NCBI RefSeq assembly: GCF_006345805.1
Contig: NC_042997.1
Span: forward strand, 98,704,001 to 98,768,000
Reading direction: 5' to 3'
Source: Octopus sinensis
Lineage: Eukaryota
Length of the DNA stretch: 64,000 bases
Each line of letters starts with the position of its first letter. Within the stretch, counting starts at the first letter, position 1. Shown in pieces: positions 40,226 through 51,834 of this stretch. The notes below the pieces were generated by a model. That model ran no database searches and was not told the origin of the DNA. It worked only from the letters and a program-made list of their open reading frames with translations. The translations under genes and the position numbers were made by a program.

Positions 40226-40608
40226 TCAAGCCCAAATAATATACTATATTGACTATTTTACAACATTTCTGATTATTAAGGTAGAAATCAGTAAATATTA
40301 TTGACATTTTTACAATATTTTGAAAAGTGACATATACAAATTCCCAATATTAAAGTGATTTTACAATTGAATTTTAAGCTCTAGTAATCAGCACGTAATT
40401 CTCAAAAGTAAATTGCTGAGACTTCCAATATTTGTTGCTTGCAAATTAATAATTCAAATAACTAAAACTCTACTTAATGTATGTCTGTATTAGAAAATTG
40501 ATTCCAGTTTAAGTAAAAATACCAGATTCATAGCAAATGGAAGATACAGAATAGTGTGATATTTTTCTTTATTTTCTCTCCTGGATACTAGTGGTTTCTC
40601 CCTCCCCC

Positions 40609-40639
<31 letters not shown>

Positions 40640-41387
40640 ATCTCGTGTATCGATCCCAGTCACATCATTATTTAGTGAGTAAGAGGTAGGTCAATTAAAT
40701 GCGATAGATATTTTCAAAAGGAGAGTGAAGTTAATTAGACATTCACTATTAGACCACCTATGTCAGGTTACACAAATCTTACTCGAAGTCACACGAGTTT
40801 CCCTAGTTTGTTATTGTGGAAAGTGAGATGCAACTGGTTAGTACTTTCTGTGATTACTTTTGTTTTCTCATATTAATACTAGACAAACACATTTCTGGGC
40901 ATTTCTCAAGAAATGTAAACAGAATACTGGCTCTATGTCCACCTATTGGCGAAGAGTTTTCAGTCGTAGCTTCCATAATATTTCTCAGAAGAAACTAATG
41001 TTATTAATACAACTAAATTTTCCTACATTTGCTTCAAACAGAAATGTAAAATACGTGTTGATTTAAGTTCTGTTGCAATTATTTAACTTCAACTGATCAG
41101 TAAGTAATTCGCCCTTGTCATTGCAGTAGACTCATAATGAGTGAGAAGTACTTTGCTGCCCACCAAATATTTATTATTATAGTTAGAATGCAGAAACAAA
41201 AATCAGATCATTCTAACAATGTTAAACCCCAATGTATCTCGTTCGCTATTGACAATGTAATTTATTTCATTCAAGGTTCATTTCAGTTAGTATATTCGCG
41301 TTCTTATGCATATTAGAATTGTTTTTTCTAGCGGAATATACTATTGAATTTATATTAATGGCAAGATATATTGCACAAAATTTTATA

Positions 41388-41810
41388 TACGTGGTCTGAT
41401 CAATAAGTATCAGGACTGTCGCCATAGTAACAAAGCTAAAGCACGCAGAGTAAAGCCGCTTGGTACAGATTGACCTTGAACTCTGTTGTGCATACGCACC
41501 AAGTTTTAATATTCTCGCTCTTTCCAGCTGTTTACAGCAGTGCTTGGAAGGGAGGTGTATAACATGTGAACATCCCATTGACCATGGCAGAGAAAGCTGA
41601 GCAGAGAATCTGCATCAAATTTTTTCCCAAAAGCATGGCGATACCGGTCAGAGGCCTACACAAAGTTCTCAAAAAGTTTTCATCGTTCTCGACACAATCA
41701 AAATCTTGTACAACTGAATCCCGAGAGTCTTTTTGGTCAGCTGAAAACACTTTTGGCATTGACTTGGCAGATACCAAAACATTCAGTAGTAATGAACTGA
41801 ACTGAACCGT
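41388..41810 (+). mobile_element. internally deleted mariner (irritans-like)
   Basis: tacgtggtctgatcaataagt terminal-type start and a MAEKAEQRICIKFF N-terminus. Confidence 0.6.
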
Positions 41811-42009
41811 AACTAATCTGCACATTCTCTCATAACTAATAGATGGTGATTCGTGTTTTCACATTTATTGATGTAACGTGGCTTCGTATTCATTTATTTA
41901 AGTTCGTGCTTTTGAAATCATTCCATATTCACTAATCAACTTTTATATTATAGAGTAGTGTATTTTTCTATACTTAACTATCAATCTAGAGAGAGAGGGG
42001 GGAAATAAA

Positions 42010-42070
<61 letters not shown>

Positions 42071-42129
42071 CACTAAAATGCATGCAGTCGCACATGTATA
42101 CAAGTCTCCCCCCCTCCACGCCAAACAAA

Positions 42130-42305
42130 GACAAAGCCCGATAGAACTTGCCATCAGTAACGTCACAATTTATCTCTACAGCTGAGTGAACTGGAGCAAC
42201 GTGAAAATAACATGTGTTGCCCAAGAACTTACACACAGCCCGGTCCGGAAATCGAACTCACTACTTCATGACTGTGAGCCCGACACTCTAACCACTTAGT
42301 CATGC
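42130..42305 (-). mobile_element. tRNA-derived SINE
   Basis: The minus strand has TAAGTGGTTAGAG (A box), GAGTTCGATTTCC (B box) and CTTGGGCAACAC...CTCCAGTTCACTCAGCTG. Confidence 0.65.
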
Positions 42306-42392
42306 GACTCATACATATATGTATATGTATATGCAGATATACATGTATATAAGTGCATATATGTAGAAGTATGCACGTATTTATGTGTGTGG

Positions 42393-42436
<44 letters not shown>

Positions 42437-42440
42437 TATA

Positions 42441-42591
42441 AAGTATAGGAAAGAATGGAGCTGAACGAAGATTTAACAAAATTCCTTTATTTTATTTCCT
42501 TAAGGAAATTGTCTGCAATCGAAACATATGTCGAAAATAAAATAAAGGAATTTTGTTAAATCTTCGTTCAGCTCCATTCTTTCCTATACTT
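42441..42591 (+). repeat. perfect 57-bp inverted repeat enclosing a decayed hammerhead-like loop
   Basis: Arms at 42441-42497 and 42535-42591. The loop contains CUUAAGG-AA-AUUG(UCUG)CAAU-C-GAAA-CAUAUG-UC. Confidence 0.7.
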
Positions 42592-42751
42592 AATATATAA
42601 AACTTCAAATTTCCGCACTAAGGCACGGATTTTATGCCCTTTGGTCGTAACTTCAACCGTGCCTTTTCTGCTGTGAGTTTTCTACCCAGGTATCGGTTAT
42701 CTTTCGAATTATCCGTAATAAGATAATTCATTTGTCTACTTATATATATAT

Positions 42752-42795
<44 letters not shown>

Positions 42796-42836
42796 TATAT
42801 ATTATATGAATATAATTATTCCTTTCTCTCTTTCCC

Positions 42837-42875
<39 letters not shown>

Positions 42876-43914
42876 GGATAGATAGATAGATAGATATGTA
42901 TAGAACATAGACTGAAATAAGTAAAGGTGATTAATGCATATGGAATGAATTCAAAACCGAGAACTTCAATAAATGAATTTGAAGCCACGTTACGCCAGTA
43001 AATGTGAAAATATGTATTGTACTTATTTTTATCTTATAGTTATTTTTTGTCATGTGTTCTGGTAAATTTAATTTTTTTTTTTCATATATTATGACAAAAA
43101 AAAGTAAACGTACGAGAGTAGGCTGAAAGTTCATAGACTGACTATGAATTAGTGATGGTACTTCTATGAAATATTGCATGCATTAATTACAACCCTCCTT
43201 ATTGTTTCTTTCCAGTTAAACTGAGAATATAGAATTATTCTTATTACATATACACACACAAGAAAATAAAGTTAGAAAATAACTGTATGATGTAACTGCA
43301 TGGTCTATGAAATTACTCGATAAAATTGCTCATAAAAATAGAAAGTTAATCAGGGAAGCCATACTCATACCACAACACAATGCTTAAATCAACACGCAAA
43401 CAACAAATACGTAACTAGCGAAAACACACGAAAGCACATGAAAACGTGAAAAATAACACATGGAAATATTAAAACTTAACGGTTATGAAACTTGGAAATA
43501 ACAAAACAAATTAACACTTGACTGTTGAGGTGAAATCCTAATGGTCTCAAAAAAAGAAAATAAACACCGTTGAGGGAAAAAACGGGATAAATTCATGCAG
43601 AAGTAATGCAAGCGTAAAATATATTCCAATTTTTGCGTATGAGATTGTAATGGACTGGAAACGTTGACGAGGGATGTACAAACTTCACTGTTGCAAACTA
43701 ACAGCGAAGACTGTTAATAATGCGTGAGAAATCTAAAATATAGAGCTATGCCTCTAACACAGTCTTGTAATTAATAAAATATATATGATCGCATTTTGTG
43801 TGTGAGTGTATGCATGTACGTGTGTGTGCGTGTACGTGCGTACGTATGTATGTATGTACTTACGTATTTATGTATGTATGTATACGTGCAGATTTGTATG
43901 TTTTGTTCTATGTA

Positions 43915-44990
43915 TTGCGTCATCCCATAAATGATGCAGTTTTTTTAAACTTTTATTTTTCCAAATTAAGATAAACAAAGTTCTTTTTTAATATAAAATA
44001 CACTCTCCTTCATTTTCTACAATGCTCTTCCATCTAAATTCACTCGTCCGTGATGAAAAATACACTTCCACTACTGTTCTGACCTCGTCTACAGAATTTT
44101 TATTTTTCCGTCCAAACGATTTTGAAGACTGTGGAATAAAGGATAATCAGATGGGACGATGTCCGGCGAATATAGTGGGTGGGGTATCGTTTCCCATTCA
44201 AACTGCTCCAGCCTTTGGAATATCATCCTCGCAGTATGCGGCCGAGCATTATCCTGATGGAAGAACACTTTTCATCTTGAAATCAAAGATGGTCGGTTTC
44301 CTTCTAGCGCTGACTTAAGCCGTTCAAGCTGCTCGCAGTAGATCTCCTTTGTTATCGTTTAGTTTGGGTTGAAAAGTTCAAAGTGAAATAAACTTTTCAC
44401 ATCCCACCAAAGAGATAACAGCACCTTATGTGGGTGAAGACCTTTAGCCTGGGGTGCCGATGTTTTTCCTTTCTCTATCCACTGTCTTCAGCACTTGGTC
44501 TATTCGGTCCAAAAAGGGTTCATTCGTGAGACGCGAGAGCAAGAAGAGCACACATTCACTCTCTGCGCGAGACTAGATTCGGAAAGTTTGTGAGGAACCC
44601 ATTGACCCAATTTGCTGATTTTTCCGATGACACGCAGATGTCGATGTATGGTTGAATGACCAAATCCAAGTTTCTCTGCTAGTTCCTCAGCAGTTACTAT
44701 GGGATTTTGTTCAACCAGAGTTTACAGGATGTCCAGGCTGTAGATTCCGGTTCGGAATTTCTGGCAACACCGTCGGCACTGACTTACGCTTATTGGCCAA
44801 TCCCCTCGCACTTTCCGTCGCTTTGTGGCATTTATTGAACTCATAAAGCAAAATATGTTGAATATGCTCCTTTGTCACTCTTATCTTAGTTTTGAAAAAA
44901 TAACTGTTAAAATCGAACTGCACTCTTCAAAACTTGCACTAAGAATAAAGTGATTTTTAATTTCCCATAAGGGGACAACATAGAAGGAGA
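43915..44990 (-). mobile_element. decayed mariner transposon
   Basis: VTKEHIQHILLYEFNK..KATESAR N-terminus, with minus-strand LHPHKVLLSLWWDVK- and YSPDIVPSDY-type motifs. Confidence 0.8.
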
Positions 44991-45249
44991 CAATACAATC
45001 TGATTTGGGGTCAGATGAATGAATGGTTATAAACAGAAATAGCTTTATATTAACAACCCCTGAGCAACTGATTTCTACAACTGTACGCAGTTACCCTTCT
45101 CTATCGCAAATCATTATATAAAGTCTATTGTGTTTACATTTTATTGGGGTATTCAATGGGACATTCCACCAGTACGTCATATTATTATGAGTGGCTATGG
45201 TTTCTACCATACTGAGTGTTCTTATTTCTTTGTGCTTGGGGTTATCCTT

Positions 45250-46430
45250 CCGATAGATCTCATTATTCTATGTCCTAGAATTATGTCTCATCCGTAGATT
45301 ACACCTTGATGACATTTTCGGACAGCTGCTTATGAGGTGAATGATATTTTTGGCGTTACCTGCGCAAAATCTGCATCAATTATCACATTTAGCTGCTTTT
45401 CCTGCGTCCCTGTCCCTTTTGTGCATTAGGTACTTAGTTGATATTTCCTGTTCCTGGAATGCAAACGCATAGCCTTCAAAGTTGTAGGTAGTAATCCGGT
45501 TATTGATCCAAGATAGACCCATTTGATGATTAATGTTTCTATCATCTCGGAGCTTTCCACTAACATATCCATGCATGGTCTTCTGTTGATATGCGCTCAT
45601 CCTTTCTCCTGATGATACATTGCGGAAGAGACGTGCGACTTCTTTGGGCATGTATTTAATGTTACAAGACAAGGAATGCTGCTCAAGAAGCCGCCTTCAA
45701 AGTATCATGATATTATCAGCCTCATTTATGCTAACTTGGTCAAGAGATGCACTTCGATTCTTGGTGATTAAAAGATGTTGCCGAAGGAATATGATACGAC
45801 ATTCAAAGGTACTCAGGGTTGATATTAGCCCGTGCTGCCTTGTTTTCGTTTTAAGTAAAGGCGCTCTACGTCACTGTTGATTTGGAAATTATGTGTGCTG
45901 GTTAGTATCTTCCAGATTTTCAGGTTTTCACATCAATGGCTCGAATCTCATCATGCTTCCAATCAAACAGTCCAGATGTTGGTACGACTACTGGCACAGC
46001 AAACACATTGTAAACCACTGTTTTATTTGATGCACACTGTTCCGAAGTCCAAATTTTCTTTATTCGACTCTAATAATTTTTAGTGACACGTGTTTTGTTA
46101 CAGGTTCACTTGTAAGATATGTTTTCATCCACCCCTAGATACATGTAATATTCCTCATCAGATATATGGGAGACAGTTCCGTAATTGATAGAGATGTTGC
46201 TAGTTCATCGTGACCAAACATCTGCTCTAGAGATGTTGCTAGTTCATCGTGACCCAAAATCTGCTCTATATCTTTTAAGAGTGTTGTAACCAGCTGAAGG
46301 CTTTTCTCCATCTCTTAATATATGTTTCCTTGTATATTTGATCAATAATATAAGTTCGAGTTAAATATTGGTTCTCATTTCTTGAAATTGAAGGTGCTAT
46401 GCTGCACCTTCATTTATTAATTTTACCTTT
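45250..46430 (-). mobile_element. RLE-type LINE fragment
   Basis: MHGY...EGYAFAFQEQEISTKYLMHKRDRDAG, plus RT-thumb motifs in adjacent frames. Same family as 20722-21352. Confidence 0.75.
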
Positions 46431-46808
46431 GTGGTTTTGATTGCTATGGTCACTCATAATGTATACAGTTGGGGCCAAAATGTTCAGAACGGCATTGTTT
46501 TCGTCAGAAAAGTAGGTATACGTATTTATCAAAGTTGTTTTATATACTATAATTTTCACAGATAATAAATACGATATCAATTGTTATTGCCTGAGATTTT
46601 GGTGTTATTTGAGAGGATAATACAAGAGTTATGGATGATTTAGTGATTTACTGCAAAATCCATGGCGGCCAAAATGATCAGAACGGTTGCTTTTACTCCG
46701 TGTTTTAGTATAATTTAACCGGCAAACCCTCATGTTTTGAATTTGTTTACGTGATGGTTCGTTTACTAAACATTAGTAAGAATATCTGCCGTGTACTTTG
46801 TTAATATA

Positions 46809-47825
46809 ATGCCACTTACTCCGTTACCAATTCGTCAGCAGATTATTAAGCTTCGAAAAAAGGATAATTTAAGTATTGGGTCTATTGCAAAGATTGTTAA
46901 CAAGTCAAAAAGTGTTGTTCACGGTATTCTTAAGGTCTACGACGATTGTGGTTCGTGTGAAGCAAGAAAGTCTACAGGTAGGCCAAGAAAAACGACCAAG
47001 AGAGAAGATCGTGCTATGGTAAAGTTGGTTAAATTGAACAGATTTAAAACTGCTGCTGCTGTTTCTCGGGAAATGAGCATTGTACTGAAGAAAACTTTAT
47101 CTCGAAAAACTGTGTCTCGTCGTTTAGTTGAACATGACCTACAGGTAAGAGCACCTGCAGTGAAGCCACTGATCAGCTCCAAGAATAAAAAGTGTCGTCT
47201 TACCTTTGAAACCGAACATGTGTTGTGGTCTCAAGAAAAATGGCAAACGGTGCATTTCAGTGATGAATCTAAGTTTGTTATTTGGCTCACAGATAGGAAA
47301 AGGTACATTCGTCGAAAAGTAGGTGAAAAATTGTTGCCTAAATGCCTTAAGACCAGTGTTAAATTCGGCTGAGGAAGTGTCATGGTTTGGAGGATGATAT
47401 CTGGGGATGGTGTGGGCTCTTTCGTGCGATTACATGGAAAAGTAAATGCAGGAGTTTATAAACAACTTATAAAAGATCATGCCTTGCCTGTGCTGAGAAA
47501 TTCAACTAAGCGATCACCCATATTCATGCAGGACAATGCCTCATGTCACAAGGCTAAAGGGGTCATGAACTTCCTCAAAGCTGAAAAGGTTATTGTTATG
47601 CATTGGCCTGCTCAAAGCCCAGATTTCAATCCTATTGAAATTGTGTGGAATATTCTAGGAGAACTTTTGAAAGCCAGAAATACTAAAACAACCGAGCAAT
47701 TATGGAATGCCCTTCAGGAAGAATGGAATAAGATCACCCAGCAAGAAATTGAAAATTTAATTTCCTCATGCAGTCGAAGATGTCAAAGTGTGATTGAAGC
47801 TAAAGGGCTTCACACTAAATATTAA
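46809..47825 (+). pseudogene. Tc1 transposase, 338 codons, single premature TGA at 47370-47372
   Basis: HTH domain, GRPRKTT, FSDESK, KFG*GSVMVW and QDNASCH...(34 residues)...NPIE, ending HTKY-stop in the same frame. Confidence 0.92.
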
Positions 47826-48011
47826 ATAATTCCAGTATTCTCTGTCATTTTTGATTATTTTGTTATTTTTTCAACCGTTCTGATCATTTTGGCTGCCATG
47901 GATTTTGCAGTAAATCACTAAATCATCCATAACTTTTGTATTGTCCTCTCAAATTACACCAAAATCTCAGACAATAACAATTAATATCGTATTTATTGTC
48001 TGTGAAAATTA

Positions 48012-48812
48012 TCTCTCTATATATAAACGGCAGTTTGTCTGTCTGTGTGTCTGTGTGTCTGTTAGGTTGTACCCTCACCCTGACCACGGCTTTCAACCGA
48101 TTCTGATGAAACTTGACACACACATAGCCCAATGTCATAATTCAAAACTATCGCAGCGAGAATTTTGAAAAGTTCCCCCAGTTCTGAAAAAATCGATAAA
48201 TTCGACATGGGTCGAGAATCTAAGCTTTTTATATGCAACACATTTTCTACAGACTGTCTAGGGGACGCAACTTGACCTTTTTAACTCTCGGAACACGTGG
48301 GGTAAGTATCCCAAAATGTATAAAAATGTACAAAAATGGCAAAAAAGCGGGCAGCAATGTGAGTGACAACAACGAAAAAGTCAAAAGTGACCAAACTGAA
48401 TGGAAAAGGTTTTTTGATGCACACGACAAAAGCGGTTTATAATAAACCAAGAGTTTGCAAGTAGCGTCCGAGGACCCGTAGGGTACGTCAAAAATTTAAG
48501 GTAAAACGTTTGTGGTGGTAGTTATAAAGAAAGTGTAAACAAAAAAAGTATTCGAATAACTTGCGGCTGCAGCAGCTATTAGCAGAAGTGGCGGTGTTGG
48601 GGGTAAAGTCCCGAATGTAATTTCTTCCTGGTAGGAATTGGTTGGGTTGAATTATCGATAGCTGTTTGATAGTTATTTGGGAGTGAAGAGAAGACATTGC
48701 AACATACACATACATGCGCCTTCGTTCCCTAGAGGGAAAGGACTAGATTGGGATTAGTCGTTGCCTACTAGGGGCTCTTACATACCCGGGCAACGCCGGG
48801 CTATGCTGCTAG
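48012..48812 (+). mobile_element. non-autonomous Helitron (801 bp)
   Basis: Starts with TC after an A and ends with CTAG before a T, with no TSD. Subterminal GC hairpin CCCGGGCAACGCCGGG. Removing it restores the Tc1 terminal repeat (aaaatta|tagaatataaaac). Confidence 0.85.
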
Positions 48813-49254
48813 TAGAATATAAAACAACTTTGATAAAAACTTATACCTACTTTTCTGACGAAAACAATGCCGTTCTGAACATTTTGGCCCCAACTGTATA
48901 ATAGATCTTAATATATTAATATATTAATATAATAGTTTATTGTTTTACTGTACAATTTGAACGTTTTGCAGTTAAGCATTTCAATGGGTTTTTTTATGAT
49001 CTAGTGGGAGGCAGGCTATCTCATTCACACGGAATTGTAAAAGCCTCTGATGAAAAACAAGATCATATTGATAAAATTCCGAAATCACGTGTGAAGGTTA
49101 TATCAAAATATTTATCCTGTGAGTTTATCTCGCCAGAGAAAATGTGGCTTGCTGCTCGACTCCTGAATGCATCATGAGGTTAGTGCTTTTGTGTGGCTGT
49201 ACGAGTTGAAATTTGGCTCTCATTTCTAGCAACTACAGGTGCTATTTTGAACCG

Positions 49255-49329
<75 letters not shown>

Positions 49330-49502
49330 ATATAAACAAAGATAAATGCGATACAATAAAATTAATTATAATCGCCGGTGTACCAGTACACGCCATATAT
49401 TATACATATATCATTACATTCAAGGCGAAGAGTGCACTAGATACACAATAGCTGGATAAATTTAGTGAGATGAAAATTAAAAACTTTTACAAACTTAACT
49501 CT

Positions 49503-49575
49503 TCTTATACTGCAGTTTCGCCAAATTCAGTAATTAAAATAGTATTTATTTACTCAGGCTGGCTCTTCAGTAAGA
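49503..49575 (-). ncRNA. type I hammerhead ribozyme, copy 1
   Basis: UCUUA-CUGAAGA-GCCA...UGGC-GAAA-C(UGCA)G-UA^UAAGA. Predicted cleavage between 49508 and 49507. Confidence 0.9.
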
Positions 49576-49905
49576 TTCCTGTTAATGATGGGAAGACCAT
49601 ATCAATAGACCCATGTGCGTCTATCGAAATGCTCTTTCTAAACTATTCAAAACGCTGCGCAGACTCAGAACAAACCCGACAAAATAGGGGATTGTGGTAT
49701 ATCGTCTAACGGTCAGAAATTTATCGAGAGAATATGTAAACAAAGATAAATGCGATACAATAAAATTAATTATAATCGCCGGTGTACCAGTACACGCCAT
49801 ATATTATACATATATCATTACATTCAAGGCGAAGAGTGCACTAGATACACAATAGCTGGATAATTTAGTGAGATGAAAATTAAAAACTTTTACAAACTTA
49901 ACTTT

Positions 49906-49978
49906 TCTTATACTGCAGTTTCGCCAAATTCAGTAATTAAAATAGTATTTATTTACTCAGGCTGGCTCTTCAGTAAGA
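49906..49978 (-). ncRNA. type I hammerhead ribozyme, copy 2
   Basis: Same motif; cleavage at 49911/49910. Confidence 0.9.
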
Positions 49979-50308
49979 TTCCTGTTAATGATGGGAAGAC
50001 CATATCAATAGACCCATGTGCGTCTATCGAAATGCTCTTTCTAAATTATTCAAAACACTGCGCAGACTCAGAACAAACCCGACAAAATAGGGGATTGTGG
50101 TATATCGTCTAACGGTCAGAAATTTATCGAGAGAATATGTAAACAAAGATAAATGCGATACAATAAAATTAATTATAATCGCCGGTGTACCAGTACACGC
50201 CATATATTATACATATATCATTACATCAAGGCGAAGAGTGCACTAGATACACAATAGCTGGATAAATTTAGTGAGATGAAAATTAAAAACTTTTACAAAC
50301 TTAACTTT

Positions 50309-50381
50309 TCTTATACTGCAGTTTCGCCAAATTCAGTAATTAAAATAGTATTTATTTACTCAGGCTGGCTCTTCAGTAAGA
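50309..50381 (-). ncRNA. type I hammerhead ribozyme, copy 3
   Basis: Same motif; cleavage at 50314/50313. Confidence 0.9.
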
Positions 50382-50712
50382 TTCCTGTTAATGATGGGAA
50401 GACCATATCAATAGACTCATGTGCGTCTATCGAAATGCTCTTTCTAAACTATTCAAAACGCTGCGCAGACTCAGAACAAACCCGACAAAATAGGGGATTG
50501 TGGTATATCGTCTAACGGTCAGAAATTTATCGAGAGAATATGTAAACAAAGATAAATGCGATACAATAAAATTAATTATAATCGCCGGTGTACCAGTACA
50601 CGCCATATATTATACATATATCATTACATTCAAGGCGAAGAGTGCACTAGATACACAATAGCTGGATAAATTTAGTGAGATGAAAATTAAAAACTTTTAC
50701 AAACTTAACTTT

Positions 50713-50785
50713 TCTTATACTGCAGTTTCGCCAAATTCAGTAATTAAAATAGTATTTATTTACTCAGGCTGGCTCTTCAGTAAGA
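50713..50785 (-). ncRNA. type I hammerhead ribozyme, copy 4
   Basis: Same motif; cleavage at 50718/50717. Confidence 0.9.
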
Positions 50786-51116
50786 TTCCTGTTAATGATG
50801 GGAAGTCCATATCAATAGACCCATGTGCGTCTATCGAAATGCTCTTTCTAAACTATTCAAAACACTGCGCAGACTCAGAACAAACCCGACAAAATAGGGG
50901 ATTGTGGTATATCGTCTAACGGTCAGAAATTTATCGAGAGAATATGTAAACAAAGATAAATGCGATACAATAAAATTAATTATAATCGCCGGTGTACCAG
51001 TACACGCCATATATTATACATATATCATTACATTCAAGGCGAAGAGTGCACTAGATACACAATAGCTGGATAAATTTAGTGAGATGAAAATTAAAAACTT
51101 TTACAAACTTAACTTT

Positions 51117-51189
51117 TCTTATACTGCAGTTTCGCCAAATTCAGTAATTAAAATAGTATTTATTTACTCAGGCTGGCTCTTCAGTAAGA
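51117..51189 (-). ncRNA. type I hammerhead ribozyme, copy 5
   Basis: Same motif; cleavage at 51122/51121. Confidence 0.9.
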
Positions 51190-51520
51190 TTCCTGTTAAT
51201 GATGGGAAGTCCATATCAATAGACCCATGTGCGTCTATCGAAATGCTCTTTCTAAACTATTCAAAACACTGCGCAGACTCAGAACAAACCCGACAAAATA
51301 GGGGATTGTGGTATATCGTCTAACGGTCAGAAATTTATCGAGAGAATATGTAAACAAAGATAAATGCGATACAATAAAATTAATTATAATCGCCGGTGTA
51401 CCAGTACACGCCATATATTATACATATATCATTACATTCAAGGCGAAGAGTGCACTAGATACACAATAGCTGGATAAATTTAGTGAGATGAAAATTAAAA
51501 ACTTTTACAAACTTAACTTT

Positions 51521-51593
51521 TCTTATACTGCAGTTTCGCCAAATTCAGTAATTAAAATAGTATTTAGTTACTCAGGCTGGCTCTTCAGTAAGA
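51521..51593 (-). ncRNA. type I hammerhead ribozyme, copy 6
   Basis: Same motif with one substitution in distal stem II/loop II; cleavage at 51526/51525. Confidence 0.88.
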
Positions 51594-51604
51594 TTCCTAT
51601 ATAT

Positions 51605-51745
51605 ATATGACGGTCTTCTTTAAATTTCCGTCTACAAAATCCACTTGCAAGGCTTTCGTTGGCACGAGGCTATAGAAGGAAACACTTATCCAAGGTGCCT
51701 CGCAGTATGACTGAACGCGAGACCGTGTAGGGAAGGATTCGTCTC
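51605..51745 (-). mobile_element. SINE family B copy
   Basis: Reverse complement of the 55945-56100 type (GACGGAAA...GAAGACCGTC 3' end). Confidence 0.6.
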
Positions 51746-51761
51746 AACACTGAGCCATACA

Positions 51762-51834
51762 TACAGTTTACCTTAATGGTAAAGCATTTGTCGCGTAATC
51801 ACACCGATATGAGTTCGAGTCTCATGGCTGGCTG
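51762..51834 (+). pseudogene. tRNA-Thr(CGT)-like pseudogene
   Basis: T arm ATGAG-TTCGAGT-CTCAT and anticodon loop CGCGTAA; the acceptor stem is broken. Confidence 0.55.

Larger units (their letters stand above)
46466..48896 (+). mobile_element. Tc1 DD34E transposon with long IR/DR-type terminal repeats and TA target duplication
   Basis: TA|CAGTTGGGGCCAAAATGTTCAGAACGG ... CCGTTCTGAACATTTTGGCCCCAACTG|TA. An inner repeat GGCCAAAATGATCAGAACGG is mirrored at about 47872. The right terminal repeat is interrupted by a Helitron. Confidence 0.95.
49333..51598 (-). mobile_element. tandem array of 403-404-bp units (5 full + 1 partial) with one hammerhead per unit: candidate non-LTR retrozyme
   Basis: Unit anchors (C of aaaC-aaagataaatgcg) at 49337, 49741, 50144, 50547, 50951 and 51355. 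The units differ at only a few positions, and the array has TA runs on both sides. Confidence 0.9.

Noticed and set aside
48280-48500. TTAA-flanked segment inside the Helitron suggesting a piggyBac MITE
   Set aside because: The termini do not form convincing inverted repeats.
49040-49100. CTGATGA...GAAATCACGTG hammerhead-like motif just left of the array
   Set aside because: Stem II does not pair and there is no UH triplet in register. At best it is a dead relic.
49685-49720. tRNA A-box-like sequence (GGTATATCGTCTAACGGTCAG) in the array unit
   Set aside because: No B box or cloverleaf follows, and it is on the strand opposite the ribozyme.
49470-51323. 79-aa ORF (MKIKNFYKLN...) repeated in each array unit
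   Set aside because: It is antisense to the ribozyme and has no recognisable domain. Its recurrence follows trivially from near-identical units, so there is no evidence of coding selection.
49333-51598. CRISPR array or plain satellite interpretation
   Set aside because: There are no unique spacers and the DNA is eukaryotic. The intact hammerhead in every unit explains the repeat better than an ordinary satellite.
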